Shown: piece after piece, positions 49,456-62,000 of the stretch
How the letters are laid out: the number at the start of each line of letters is the position of its first letter
How positions within the stretch are numbered: position 1 is the first letter of the stretch
Origin: Raillietiella orientalis
Taxonomy: Eukaryota
Assembly (NCBI GenBank): GCA_036172245.1
Contig: JAYWIR010000008.1
Location: 3,906,001 to 3,970,000 of the forward strand
Direction: 5' to 3'
Length of the DNA: 64,000 bases
Program-made: the position numbers and the translations under genes
Notes under the pieces: model-generated
Seen by the model: the letters and a program-made list of their open reading frames with translations, nothing else
Database searches by the model: none
Told to the model about the DNA's origin: nothing

Positions 49456-51696
49456 ATGATGGAGCTGCGGGAGCTGTCGTCGGTGGTGAAGCGGAGGTTC
49501 GGGGAGGAGAGGAGGCTGCGTCGGACCGGAAAGAGGGAGTCCACCGGGACCCGGCACCACCTCGGGCATGACCCGCGTCACTTCGGTCGAGGCATCCTCT
49601 TCGAGAACGAGGAGCTACGACTGCGCACCATCGAGATGAACGCCGAGCTCGAGCAGGAGGTCCACCACGTGAAGAAGCTGCGCCGGGAGAACGAGAAGCT
49701 GAAGAGGGACATCTGGTCGCTGCGTGACGAGTACGAGAGGCTGGAGGAGGGCGTGCGGGCCCTCGGGCTGGATGTGGACAGCATCAAGACGGAGGAATGC
49801 CGGGGTCTCTCCGCCGAGGCCAGCGCTCCTCCGACACCGGCGGCTTCCGCGCTGCTCCCCCTCCAGGAACAGGCAGAGGAGTGCGAAGCGGCAGCGGCCG
49901 CCTGCCCGAAGGGAGAGGCAGGTGGCGGCGACCTCCGGAAGGGGGAAGGTGGGGCTAGGGGGATAAAGGAGAGAAAGGGGAAGGCGGAGGCCTCGAGAGG
50001 TGAAGGAGATGGAAAAAGAGAAGGAGGAGGAGGAGGAAGGGGCGCGTCCCCTCCCCCTCCTCCGCAGGCTCGAGACCATCTACCCGTCCACTGTCGTCGC
50101 CGCCGCCGCAGCTGCTGCTGCTGCTGCTCCTTCTCCTCTTCTCTTTCCGCCCGTCGCTCCCCTACCTGCTCTCCAGACCCGCCCACTCCTCCGCCTCCCT
50201 CCTTGCCCGTCTGCTCTCCTTCCAACGTCCTCCCAGCCGCCGCCGCGACGCTCAGCCTCCGGATGGATCTCTGCGCCGGCGTCAACCTGCTGTCCTTCGA
50301 GGACCCGCGGTTTGCGGGGCGGAGCACACGCGACGTCGTCAGCAGCTTCGAGGAGGAGGAGGAAGAGGAGGAAGGGGATGAGGAGGAGGAGGAAGAGGAG
50401 GGGGTGAAACGGGAAAAACAAGCGGGAACGTCCCTCGCCTTGGCTCTCTCGTCGGATCCTCCCCACCCGGATGCCGCTTTGGTGCGGCGCCAAAGTCGCC
50501 TGTCACTGCTGTTGTCGCCGCCGCCTCCGCAGAAGGCCAGCCCTTCTGGACCGGACTCCAACACGGTGGCCTTCAGCGTGGAGGAACGGCCGCGCCTCCT
50601 AGGACTGACCGTCCGCGAGGTCATCGACGAGCTTGAGAGCCAGTTTGCCCGCAAGAGCTTCTTCTTCTGCGTGCGGGAGGTTCGCATTCTCCCACCGTTT
50701 GTTTACGTGACCTTCTCCAGCAAGGAAGGCGCCCTCTGCTTCATATCCGAGGGCTTCCGGGTGCGCGGGGAGACCGTGGATCTGGTGGACGTCTGTGTGG
50801 ACACCGTCCTGCTCAGGGTGGCCGGTGTTCCCCGGCACGTCAGCGACAGCGCCCTCAAACTGCTGCTGTGTGGCTTCTGTGTTCCCGTGGGGGAGGTGCG
50901 CCGCGTGTACTACCGCGGTGCCGACACCGGAGAGCGCATCTTCCGCATCAAGCCCCGTGGGCAAGCCGGATCCTTTCCTTGCGGCTCGGCTGCCTTGCCC
51001 GGGTGCGTCCTCTTCGGCGGCAGCAGGGTCTCCCTCAGTGTCCTCTTCCCGTGCGGAGGCGGAGGCAGCACCAACGCTGTCGACCGGTGGCCGTGGTTGA
51101 CCCTTCCCTGCGTCGCAGGCAAGCAGCGTCTCCCCTTCTGCGCACGGAAAGCCGACGCCGCCTGTCCAGGCTGCTTCTTCTGCTGCTGTTGCTGCGGAGA
51201 AGAAGGAGGAGGAGGAGCTGACGGTCCTTCCCTCCCACATTCCTTTCTTTCCTCCTGCAGCGAGCCCCTCGTCCCGCCCGCCACCTCCCTGGTCCGCCGT
51301 TCCACAAGGGGCAGTCCGTGCCCGGAGCACCCGGAGAGCCCCTTCTGGGTGCGCTCTCCCTCTTCGGCATCTTTCGATCTCTTGCCCCCCTCCTGCGGTC
51401 ACTGCCTTCCGGACGACCTCGGTATCTCTGGTGGAGGTGGCGACTGTGGCGGATTGCAAGGAGCAGAGAAAGCACCCCCGAGTGGTGAAAGGACGGAGGG
51501 GTTCGACTGGCCGTGCCGCCGCGTCGCCGCCTCTTGCGCCGACAAGACGCGCGCCTTCCTGAAGAAGAAGGAGATGCTGAGGAACGTCACTGTGAAGCTC
51601 CGGAGGAGGAGAGCAAGGAGGGAGAGGACTGCCTTCGGGGCCAAGTTTGCCGACGACCTGCCGTGGTGCGGCTGCTGGGGAAACGGCTGCTTCTAG
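49456..51696 (+). CDS. 746-aa intronless protein: N-terminal coiled coil plus LINE-ORF1/ZCCHC3-like RRM region
   Basis: Uninterrupted 2.2-kb ORF. Heptad segment ENEELRLRTIEMNAELEQEVHHVKKLRRENEKLKRDIWSLRDEYERLEE. Globular segment VYVTFSSKEGALCFISEGFRVRGETVDL..VLLRVAGVPRHVSDSALKLLLCGF..VGEV..YRGADTGERIFRIK..LPGCVLFGG matches the pattern of Tx1/L1-type ORF1 tandem RRM-like domains. Confidence 0.8.
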   Translation: MMELRELSSVVKRRFGEERRLRRTGKRESTGTRHHLGHDPRHFGRGILFENEELRLRTIEMNAELEQEVHHVKKLRRENEKLKRDIWSLRDEYERLEEGVRALGLDVDSIKTEECRGLSAEASAPPTPAASALLPLQEQAEECEAAAAACPKGEAGGGDLRKGEGGARGIKERKGKAEASRGEGDGKREGGGGGRGASPPPPPQARDHLPVHCRRRRRSCCCCCSFSSSLSARRSPTCSPDPPTPPPPSLPVCSPSNVLPAAAATLSLRMDLCAGVNLLSFEDPRFAGRSTRDVVSSFEEEEEEEEGDEEEEEEEGVKREKQAGTSLALALSSDPPHPDAALVRRQSRLSLLLSPPPPQKASPSGPDSNTVAFSVEERPRLLGLTVREVIDELESQFARKSFFFCVREVRILPPFVYVTFSSKEGALCFISEGFRVRGETVDLVDVCVDTVLLRVAGVPRHVSDSALKLLLCGFCVPVGEVRRVYYRGADTGERIFRIKPRGQAGSFPCGSAALPGCVLFGGSRVSLSVLFPCGGGGSTNAVDRWPWLTLPCVAGKQRLPFCARKADAACPGCFFCCCCCGEEGGGGADGPSLPHSFLSSCSEPLVPPATSLVRRSTRGSPCPEHPESPFWVRSPSSASFDLLPPSCGHCLPDDLGISGGGGDCGGLQGAEKAPPSGERTEGFDWPCRRVAASCADKTRAFLKKKEMLRNVTVKLRRRRARRERTAFGAKFADDLPWCGCWGNGCF

Positions 51697-54086
51697 CGAC
51701 GCCACCACTGGCACAACCAGCCAAGGACTAGCTGTGGCCAGGTGAGTTTTTCTTTTTTCTTTGTTTCTGTCGACCTTTGCTCCATCCTATCTCCGGCTTA
51801 ACTTCCTCGTCTTCCTGATGTCTGGAGGGGACTTTCCATCCACTTTCCACCTGATGCGCAGCGGCAGAGACTGCTCCTTTGCTTCCCTGACGCGCCTGCC
51901 CATCTGGGGAGGTCCAAGGTGACGGAGAGGTCAGTAATGTCTGAGAGGAGCGCGAGTGAGTGCACTCCGCTCCCTGACATCTCCCTCGGAACCCGTGTGT
52001 TTTCCCTGCGGGCGAACGGGTAAGCAGAGAGAGGAGGAAGACTCGGCAGGCTCGAGGCAGTAGCACAGGGGAAAGGCTGCGGTGTTCCAGATTCTCGGGC
52101 GTCAACAACAGGGAGCTACAATGGACGACCCTGTGCCGTCGGGTAAACACTTCGCGGGAGGTACGCGTACCGGGAGGGGAGGACGAGGAGGAAGAGATAG
52201 CACTCGTCTCTCCTTCCCCTTTCCTGCACCACTGAGTAGCACGCCCGCTGGGGCATCGGGGAGACCCCTCGAAGATGTGACGAGGTCCTTTGCCTCAGCC
52301 TTCCTCCCTCCCCTGCTCAATCCCTCGCTTGTTCGAGACGGTGGAAGAAGTCTCAGGATACCCTGCTGTCGGACTGTCGAGGGGACCCGGAGTCCGCAGA
52401 TAAATTCCTCCTCGAGATCAGCGGCAACCGCATACTCCCTTCGCGCTCGCCGCGATCGCCTGAGGCAGTTCTCCGGTTGCATGCTTTGGTTCAAAGGTGC
52501 GTGCTTTCGAGCCTCTTCCTCTCGGGGAAGGAAGGGGGACCGGGAACTCGTGGTGGCCTCACCGAGCCGTCGACGCCTTCTTCAGGTGCTCGCGGCACGG
52601 CAGCTATCCAGATCGCCTCGAGGCGTTCCGGGAGCTCCCTTCCTCTACTTTCCCCTCGAGTCTTCCCGTTGCCATGGTCCAGCGGAAAGATTTCGTATGC
52701 GCGGTTGTCTTATGTCTTATATTTCGTATGCGAGAGCTCCCTGAAGGTTCGACGTAGGAAGATCATCCCCTGGAAAGCCGTATCTTTCCTGAAGAGATAC
52801 CATCACTTGTGGGAAAAATGGGTTACCGGAGAGGTTCTGTCCCCTTGTCCTCAGCTCAGGGAAACCTGGAAGAGCCTCTCTTCTCTTTCGCGGCCTCCTC
52901 TTGTACAACTGCCGTGACAAAAACGGGAAGAAAGACGATGTCGAGCCTTCGCAGTCGAAAAACCAGGAAGGCAATTCAGGAGTACAGGTGGCTGGAGGAG
53001 CAGCACATGGCAGTGGCTGAAGAGAGGAAGGAAGCGGTGCGGTGTGGAGGAAATGACCATTGGTGCTGTTAACTGGTGGCAGAGAAGCGGCTGAGGAAAC
53101 ACCCCCCCCCCCCCTTCTTTTACGGAGTGCTCTGGGAGACTCCTGACTTGTCGCCTATTCCAAGCGCAGGGTTCGACTAAGCAATTAGGATGGCAGCTCG
53201 GCCATCATGGTCAACGGTTTTCTGCTGTCAAAGGAATGAAGATGCTCCTTGGGGAGACCTCCGGTAGTGCGGGCGAGCAACCCGAAACGCCCGTCTCTCC
53301 GATGGAGGAGGAAAGAAAAAAAATGTCCTCCCCACTGGGTTGTACATCAGCAAAGGATTTCCCCGAACGTCTAGTCCACCTCAGTTTCCTCGGTGGTTCT
53401 TCCCTGGAGCCGACTGGCAGGTGGCGCTTCGCGGGATGCACTTTGCGAGGTTCTAGTGTCGTCACTGCCCTTTCCAGCGCTCCCGGTCGCCTGCCCCTTG
53501 CTTCTTTGGAGATTGGACGGGAGAAGGGGAGCTGCAGACCAAGCTGGAGCCCTCCGCGTTAAGCCATCTTCTTACACGAGCAGGGCTTTTTGCTGCGGAT
53601 AGCTGGGTCCCTCGTCTGCCTGCTGCACTTTACGACCGACCTCGGAACATTTCCAGAAGCAAACTTCCGCAAACTCTGCAGCGGAATACAAGAACCGAGA
53701 CTTCAGCACTCCAAGGTTCATTAACGTGAAAAGTTTGGAAGACCTTCGGCCAGCAGTCCGACTCGTGGAAGTTCCAACTCCCCCCTCTCCCTTTCCTTCC
53801 GTCCCGAGCAGTGCGCTTTTCACGCTTTGGGAATGCCGTCGCGTGACCTTGAAGAGCGTTGAATCTCAGAAGGGAAAACCAGTCAGCCGTTCTCTCCTCT
53901 GGAAATGGGACGACGGGAAGTCACCTTTTCGATGTGCGTGCTGTCCGTGCAGGCATGGAATCCTAGTGATGCTTTCGGGTTGCGAGAGCCACTTTCTTTC
54001 CAGTTCTCTTGAAGAGTGCCCACGGCGGATAACTCGCGCGTTTGTCTCGGAGGAGCAGCAGCGCGTTCTGACGTTGTCGACGTTGC

Positions 54087-54695
54087 GAACTCAACAGAAA
54101 GACGCAACAGTGAACGATCTCGCAGCAGAACGTGTTCATTGTTGAGCTCCATTCATTGTTAGCGCCTATGAACTGAACTGTTGTCTGGAACTGAGATGAA
54201 CGTGTTCATTGTTGTGCCCCATTCATTGTTTGTAACTCTGCACTAAATTGTTGCCTGGAGGGCTGATGATAGGACTCGAAGGGAGTTCCATCACTGTTAT
54301 TCGGAGTACGTGAGCGCCTCATCTTCCGGAAGCCTTCTGGAACCTTCAGAAGGTGCGCGGAAGGAGTCGGAAAAGTTGGCAGCCGATTTCCATAGGAGTA
54401 GTGTCCCCCAGCGCCTCAGGATCCTGGCGCTCGCCACAGTGCCTTGCGGTCCCTTGACGAGATGCAGACCGCCAGCAGTGCCTGAGGATGGAGCGCCAGC
54501 GCGGCGCGACGCGCGAAAGTATTTATCATATGTGACGTTCGCATACTTCGGATAACAATGATAGAATTCCCCTCGAGTCCCATCATCAGCCCTCCAGGCA
54601 ACAATTTAGTGCAGAGATACAAACAATGAATGGGGCTCAACAATGAACACGTTCTGCTGCGAGATCGTTCATTGTTGGGGCTGTCTGGTGAGTTC
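54087..54695. mobile_element. MITE/foldback-like element with long imperfect terminal inverted repeats
   Basis: 54087-54310 is the reverse complement of ~54540-54695 (gaacgatctcgcagcagaacgtgttcattgttg..ctctgcactaaattgttgcctggagggctgatgat). The left arm has an extra ~70-bp internal duplication. The core is ~230 bp. Confidence 0.8.
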
Positions 54696-56699
54696 ACCGT
54701 CGTTTCATTTCCCATGCTGCCGGGACGAGACTAACGGAGGAGAAAAAAGGAAGCACAATGCAGTAGTCAGCACGTTATCAGCTCCTTCCCCTGGTGAAGA
54801 GGCTTGATTTATTGCTCCATTTAAGTCTCCCATATGGCGCAGACACCTTCAGTTCGTCGTCCTCTTAAGGCAAAAAAGAGCGTCTGGAAGAGCGCGGGGG
54901 AGGGGGAGGGGGGAACGCGAGACTTCTGAAGGGAAAACACACACGCCCAAACGGGAACCCAACTCTCGTAGAAGGGTGAAAGATGACTTGTCTGCTACCC
55001 CAACAGCCTCCGAGTATCGGTAAACACGGAGCGTTCTGTTTACAGAAAAACTGGGTGGGGAAGCTTCTTTGGTGTGGCTTGCGCAGGGTACTCGTTCGCG
55101 GCCAAGTGCAGACGAGATCTCACCTTCCTCTTAACTCCCCCCTTCCGCATGTCGGACGGGATGTCCCTTCCCCTCTCAAAACAGAATCTCCTGTGGGTTC
55201 GTTCCTCTGTTTCGTTCACGTCTCTCGGGAGCCACGCGTGTCCTGCCCGGGTTTGTCCTGGTCGCTCTCCTTCCCGATGGAACCGCGGACGTCATCTCGG
55301 TGGCGGGAAAGGAAGGACGGCTGGCTCCTTGCTCTCGGACAAGGGCGGTTCATCTTCCGTGGAAGAACGGTAAGGGATTTCCAACGAGTGGGGACATCCC
55401 CCTCTCCCTGAAAAACGCCTCGGAACGCGAAACGCGGCCTCGTTGGCTGCCGTCCGTGAGGCCACCTGCGAGACCGCCCCCCAGCCGAGTTTCCATATCG
55501 TGCCCTCATCCCGGAAGCACTGAGGCACGTTTCACGCGCACCCGTACCGAAAGTCAGGTTGGAATGGGGGCACCGGAGGTAGACTTGTCCGGATCCACAA
55601 GTCTTTTCCTGGAGGGAGGCCCCCTTCGCTCCGTCTCTCTTTCCCAACTCCCCTCCTCCCAAATCCGGGGCATCTGGAAGCGTCTCCTTGCTTTCCCGAG
55701 GAATTCCTTCCGCTCGCGGTCCCTGCGCTCCCTCGTGCTGCTCCCCGAGGAACGTCAGTCACGACTCCGATGAAATGGAAATTCACGGGGAGGAGAATCC
55801 TCGCGCTCCCGGGGAACGGGAGAGGATGGGAGAAGGCGGAGGAGACGGAGCAGCTCTCAACTGCTTCCTCTTTTGGACGCGCATCAAGTCGTCGTCTCTT
55901 CCCGACCCCTCACGCAGCCGCGCAGGATGGATGTGTGGTGGTGGTTTGCCCGGCACTGCGTGAGAGGTGCGCCTCCTCCTCCCCCCCTCCGCTTTGCTTG
56001 TGCGTGTTTTTTTCTTATTTTCCTCGGAAAATAGGAGGGACCGTCGGGACTCCTTAGAGAGCCTCCCGAACCGGAGCCCCTTACCTGCTTCGAGCGTGCG
56101 GCTGGTTTCCACCCCCTGACCCCGGATCCATGCCAACCGTGGGCGTCCGCCGCTCCATCGCGGACGGAGGCGGCCGCATCTGGCGGTTCTCCTCTCGCTC
56201 CCGCGGACCGCGTGGCATCGCTTGGGGGGGGGGAAGGGGATGTCGCGCGCGGTTGCCCGTCGCCGTCCGCAAGGCCGTGAGGGAAGGAAAGGGAAGCGGA
56301 GGGAGGGAGGAGGAAGGAAGGAGAAAAGAAAGACAGCGTGCTAGGAGGAGGAGGGCTGGTGTGTGGAGAGGTGCCGAAGAAAGAAGGATGGCGCGAACGA
56401 GGCACGCTTGCGCGCGCCACTGCAGAGCGAAATGCACGGAATGCGCCTGTCTCCCCCAGCTGGAGGGTGACGTTCTGTTGCGTTCCAAGGATTTTTTTCC
56501 TCCTCGTGATTCGGGGACGACCTCCTGCCCTTCCCCTCCCCCCCCCCCTTCCCCCAGTTTCCTCTCCGCACGATCCGGAAGGAACGGATGCGACGTGGAA
56601 TTCAAGTCCATAGATCGACCGACTCCTTCAGATCCCGCAGCCTCTTTTCAGCCTTCCGCTTCCTGTCTCTTTTTCCGCCGCCGAGTGACTCAGGACAAG

Positions 56700-57400
56700 C
56701 GAATATGCTGAAGTAGAGGACCGGAATGGCTCCCTTCTCGACCTTGATTGCGCAGCCTCCCTCCTCGGGAAGGCCGGCTACGAACAAAAGGTTCTGAAGA
56801 GGCTTCTGTTACTAGGCTGTGGCTTCCTCCTGCAGCCGCTGCATCTCCTACAGGGTGCCAGCAAGGAGACTGTGGAGGCTGCCCCGGATGACGGCGTGGA
56901 CCAAAAACGTGAATCTGTTCCTCGTCTTCCGGTCTCCAGGCAACTGGTAATGATAGGAGAGGAGGAGGGAGGATACCCCTCCGCAGGGGTGTTCTTGTAA
57001 GCAAGGGAAGGGGAAACGAGGCGTCGCCCTTCTTGAAAGGCCATGTCTTTGGAAGGTCTTTCCTGGAGTGCCCGTTGACGATCCATCAGCTTCAGCAGCC
57101 TGGGAGGGCTTGCAGAGTGCTGCTTTTCTTCCAGTCTGAGCGACGCCGCAAGCCCACCACCGCCCTCATCCCTCCACGGGATTCTCTCGCTTCAGTCGTC
57201 AAGCCGGGAGGGAGGAGCGGGTGGCACGCGAGAAAGGATGTCAGAGTGCTGCCGCAGAGGAATCGACCTCCCGTTCTTCTGGAACGCCTGCCGGAGGGGC
57301 CGGCTGGCCAGTTCGACCCGCAACTCCGACCGACAGGGACACACTCGGCCAGCTCGCCGACCCGATCTCGTCAGGCTGCTGGCGCTCCGGTGATCCCAGC
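56700..57400 (-). mobile_element. Decayed LINE ORF1 fragment
   Basis: IHVFGPRRHPGQPPQSPCW and PCRRCSGCRR resemble the ORF1 'V.Y.GQP..C..C' zinc-knuckle region. Confidence 0.45.
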
Positions 57401-58389
57401 ATCAGGACCGATTTTCCTCGATCAAGAAATTTCGTTTTCCATTAAAGACACAGACACGAACGAGCACGAGCAGGATGAAGGACGGGGGGGGGGGGGAATT
57501 GGTGCCAGTCGAGGAAAGCAGTGGCGTGAGGGGTGAGCCAGGAAGGGAGGGTCGAACAGGGCGTCGTTCGAACTTGGGTTCCCCGGAAGGTGTTTCATGT
57601 GAAGGCCCAGGACGTTCGCAGCCGCTCCCACTTTCCTCGCACCACGAAAATTGATCAGAGGAGGGTCGAGACTGAGTTTCAGGGGTCACAGAGGCAGATT
57701 TAGTGGATCCTGCAGTCATCCAATCTAAAGAGGTCGTCCTTTTCTTCTTTGAGATTCCCTTCCTGGAAGAGGGGAGATCATCTAGAATCAGCAGGCCAAT
57801 GCCTCCGAGATGAGACGTCCTCCGTACTGATGCTGCCCCACCCTGTCGACGGCTGCGTGCATCTCCTTCTGTCTCGCTGCCACGTCGGCTTTCGGATCTC
57901 GCGAAAGAAGCCGAGACACGGCGGATGAGGCAGACGTGCACGGGAGCTGCTCGCCTGACACGCGGCCTCAACGGTGCACCGCCTCCATCCTCCATCCTTT
58001 CCAAAACCCGGAGGAACAGCTGCAACGCACAGCGTCCAGCATTTCTGCAGAGTGGAGCATCTGGTCCATCGTCTCCTTGCGCGGGATGGCAACGACATCG
58101 TCGCTGCTACTTCCCTACTCGCCTTCGATGGCTGCCTCACACGACGCCAGAGGCGGGAGACAACTCCACCCCCTCCTCCCTCGCACCTCCAAACCAGCAT
58201 TGAGGCCCGCTGCTCCTGTCGGTTCATTCTTCTGCCACCGGGATGGCATCACTCGGAATCCAGGACCATCACGCTTCGAGGAAAACCAGAAAGTAGCTGC
58301 AACATCGTCTGGACCCTCCCCTCGTTCCAAATCTCCACATGCGGGTTGGGTGATGGGTGGGTGGGTGGGGTGGAAGTTTAGCTCACAAT

Positions 58390-59560
58390 CAAACAAGGCG
58401 CTGTCATCTCCGAATTTTTTCCACGGGCTGTAGATTCTTCCTTCGGGACCTCGATCCAGGCTTCAAGGAGGGATGGGGTTGTCCCGACGAAAAACGTCGC
58501 GCCCGTCGGGGACGCGATCCAGGCAACTTTCCGTCGAGAAAGTCGTGTCTCCCAGGGAATTCTTTGGCACCTTGATGGTACTGCGGCTGCTTTTCTGGTA
58601 ACTTCGCTGGCTTTCGTCTCTCAGCGCTCTTCCATGAGCGAGGCGGAAGGAAACTCAAGTGGCGAGCAAACGGTTGTCTACGAACGCCTTTTTCTGGATG
58701 ATCCAAATGGCACACAAACGTGGCTCGAAAAAACTCGTAGAAGCTCTGTTGGGCTTTTGGCCCGAGGACTGATAACCTATTCCACGGCAGCAGGTCAGGA
58801 AAATGGCTGAGTGGAAAACGCACCAAATGAGACGTTCTCACCATCCCTCCCCTTCTGATCCTGGTGAGGGATGCCCTCCGGCGACCGTGGACCGAGGATA
58901 CTTCCAGTTTCTGTGCGTAATTTTCAGTTCTGAGACACGAGTCTTTCATCAGCGCTCGCCTCTGGGTGCGCCCATCGTCCTGGACAGCATGCCTCCATTT
59001 GACCAGAGTGGGGGACCACATTCTTTAAGTGCTACTCGAGAGCTACTGAAGAGCTTCGGTTTCATCTGGCGGCGGGGGGCAAAGTTCCCAGAGAGGAACC
59101 TATGCGCCTTCTTTTGGACCACTTGCGTTGAGGGCAGCAGTCCCTCTCGCGAAACTCCCCGACCATCCTCAGTTTCGTGCTCCCCATTCCAATCTTCCAG
59201 CCCTCCGGCTCCTCTTGCTGTGGACCACGGAATCTCTCTCAGTCTTCCTCTCTGGAGCTTCGAAGACAGCAGAAGAAACAGGCACTAGACCCGAGCATCC
59301 AATTCTTCGGACATGGATCTCGAAAATTGCAGGTCCTACATCCCTCCAATGGTTGGAAAAGGTCCGCGAAGGTCTCTCCATAGCTACCGCCTTAATCCTA
59401 GCGTGCAGTGCTGTTCCATGCTCAACATGATCCTGGAGTTCCAGAATTCCTGCGCTCTGGCAGGGGATCGACTCCCCATTCACCGTTCCGACAGCTTCAT
59501 GGGCTCTGCCGCAGAGAAGAGCAAGAATTCCAGATTCTTCGACTCGGTTCGTGTCTCTAT
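58390..59560 (-). mobile_element. Decayed CR1/L2-like LINE ORF2 (EN-RT linker and RT core)
   Basis: Frameshifted motifs KKAFVDNRLLAT (D..KAFD.V....LL) at ~58690 and KKFGDDSALF (KFADD) at ~58410, in the expected order. Confidence 0.55.
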
Positions 59561-60729
59561 CACGCTCTCTCCACCTCTCCTCTTCAGTTCTGGACGTGCT
59601 CCTGTGGACGCAGCAGAGGATGGCAACCGGTGCCCTGGCATATCGACGAGCGCTGGGCTTTGCGGTGCCGCTTCAGTCCAAGACGACTCTACAGGTGCGA
59701 ATCTTGCAAGTCCGTCTGGATCAGATGGAGGTGGCTGTTGCCAGACTGCTTTTGATGTTGCTGCTGCTGCTGATGATGATGATGGATTGCATTTTTTTGC
59801 GATAGAGATGCTCCCATCTCACCGTTGCATCCACCGTGGTATTCTCCGCCGTTTCCGCCCCGTTGCTTCTGTACCATTCTTCGCCAAGGAAACTGCCGGA
59901 ACACTGCCGCGTCGCCACCTCCTCAATCTTGGCGATCGTCAAGCTTTTCTCTCCCATTGCTCCCGTCGTCGGTCGACCCTATGACTCGCCGCCTCGTGCT
60001 CGGCGGTCAGCATGAGATTTTGTGCGTTGCTGTTCAGTTTCCTTCGGAACGCAGGTTGCGCTGAGGTTGCCCCACGTACGAGGTCGCCTGCACCATCTTT
60101 TCCTTCCCGACTGAATGTGCCCATTCCGGCTCCACCCTCCGCACCATCTCTCGCCGTTTAATGTGACTTGCGCTCTTCAGCCGCGCTATTCCCCCCCCCC
60201 CCTCTCTCTCTTAGAGTCCAGCAATCCAGAGACTCCAGTCTACCCATTTCGCCTCCCTGGTCAGACTCATCCGGGCTCCCCGCCCACCTTCCTTCCTTCC
60301 CTTCTGCCCGTCTCTTTTATCTGCTCTTCCTGGCTCCGGAAACGGTTGCCTCCTCACACCCCCACCCCCACCGTTCACCCAGGAACCCTGGCATCCAACC
60401 AGGCAGAATGGCTGCTGGAGAAATCCTTCCAGAACCTTCGTCGCGGAGTGTCCCTCCCCCTTTCTCCTCCCTTTCTCTGAGGTCGTCTGCCCCAGCCTGG
60501 AAACGACACCGGGAAGAGAGAAGGAGGCTGGTTGCCTTCCTCTCTCCCGCCTTCCCTTTCCTCCTCCTCTCCTCTGCTCCAAGGTGCGACGCTGGCCAAG
60601 AACGGGACCTCTGCGCGCCCCTCGTAGGAAGAAGGAAAGGAGATGCTGCAGCCTCCTCGCGATGATGGATGGCAGCTCGCGGGATGCAGCCAAAAGCAAA
60701 CAAAGTGAAAGATGCGGAAGTGGATCGCA

Positions 60730-60756
<27 letters not shown>
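60730..60756. repeat. (TG)n microsatellite
   Basis: tgtgtgtgtg... run. Confidence 0.95.
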
Positions 60757-60760
<4 letters not shown>

Positions 60761-61599
60761 TTTTTTTTGTTTTCCCAAAGAAAACAAATCCCGAACTGGA
60801 GCCTCGAAGGGCAGCAGAAGAAATAGCCATAAATCTCGCAAGACGTATAGTGGCGTAGGCAGAGGATGCTGAAGACCCGGGTGCGTCCCGGGAGAAAAGA
60901 ATAGGAGGAAGAAGAAACGCGTAAGTTTCGCTTCCTGCTCTTTTCTCCTTCTTCGAGGAGAGGGTTTGGACCTCTCCGCGGCCTGCGGCGGATAAAAAAG
61001 TGAGGGAGGAGGGGAGGTTCTTTTTACGCCATCTCGTTTTCCCGATTCCCTCCCCTTCCTGCGGTGCCCAGCAAGGGAGAGGCCAGCTGCCTCTTCCCCA
61101 GCCTTCTCCAGAAGAGAGCAGAAATAATGATCACCATGTCTGCCCTGAATTGCGTAATTCCCCGGTGAATTAATGCCTGGAAGAGGAAAGGACACCCAGA
61201 TCTCTATTTAATGGAACCGGAAGCTGGAACACGTTTAGAAGTTTTCTTCCCTTCTTCATCTCCGTAGACGAGTACAAAGGTGCGGTCCGATCCCATGCTG
61301 GGGTTCGAAGGTAGCTGCTTCTGGCTACCTTCCTTCCCCACCCATCCCCGGGCGAAGGATCACTTCCTCCTCTGCTTTTCGTCTTCTAAAGCACGCACAA
61401 GAGTGTGGGCGGGAGGAAGATTTGGGGTGGGGCGCAGTGACGAAAGCGTTCCCCTCCCCCCTCCAACAAAGTAAGAGTTGGAAATGGTGGGCACTTTTGG
61501 GCTGTTTGTCGAGGAACTTCGTGCGTGTGCGCTTGGTGAGCGGCACGGACGAGAAGAGCCCGTGATGATGAGGTCGAGGTGGGAGGGAATAAGAACGCG

Positions 61600-62000
61600 G
61601 TTAGTTCATTAAGGAGAGTGGGAGTTCTTCTGTGAATCCAAATGTTCCTTCGGGCAGGTGGGTTTGCAATCATGATGAAGTCTGCATAGGAAGAGTTTCC
61701 TTATAAGGGCGTGCGGAGATCTTGGGAGTCTCTCTGTCCCAAGAGAACACCGCAAGTCACCTCCGCCGGAAGACCCGTGGGTTCCCAGTAACGGTGGCGT
61801 CTTTCGTGAAGACTGATAAAAAACATCTGAGGTTTGTTTACCAGGTGCTCGCCTCTTATCGGGACGACGAAGTCCTCCGACATCTCCAAGCTCCTCCTGC
61901 ATTACTATGAGGCATGAAATCGTCTGATAGTTCCTATGGCCACGAGACCGGCCACCATGAGCCATGTGCCGTCACCGTTAGCCATGTGTGATTTCTCTGA
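61600..62000 (-). mobile_element. Decayed LINE RT core fragment
   Basis: AEVTCGVLLG (VTSGVPQG-like) followed by SSYADFIMI (YADD-like), interrupted by a stop. Confidence 0.5.

Noticed and set aside
49578..51714. Antisense ORFs of 369 and 371 aa
   Set aside because: Mirror frames of the 746-aa gene; stop codons are scarce at high GC.
54105..54230. CRISPR-like repeat-spacer-repeat
   Set aside because: Only two imperfect units, part of a TIR, no cas genes, eukaryotic DNA.
27118..58960. Hammerhead or HDV ribozyme cores at scattered CTGATGA and TCCTCGC words
   Set aside because: None of the words I checked had the required flanking stems and the GAAA or pseudoknot elements.
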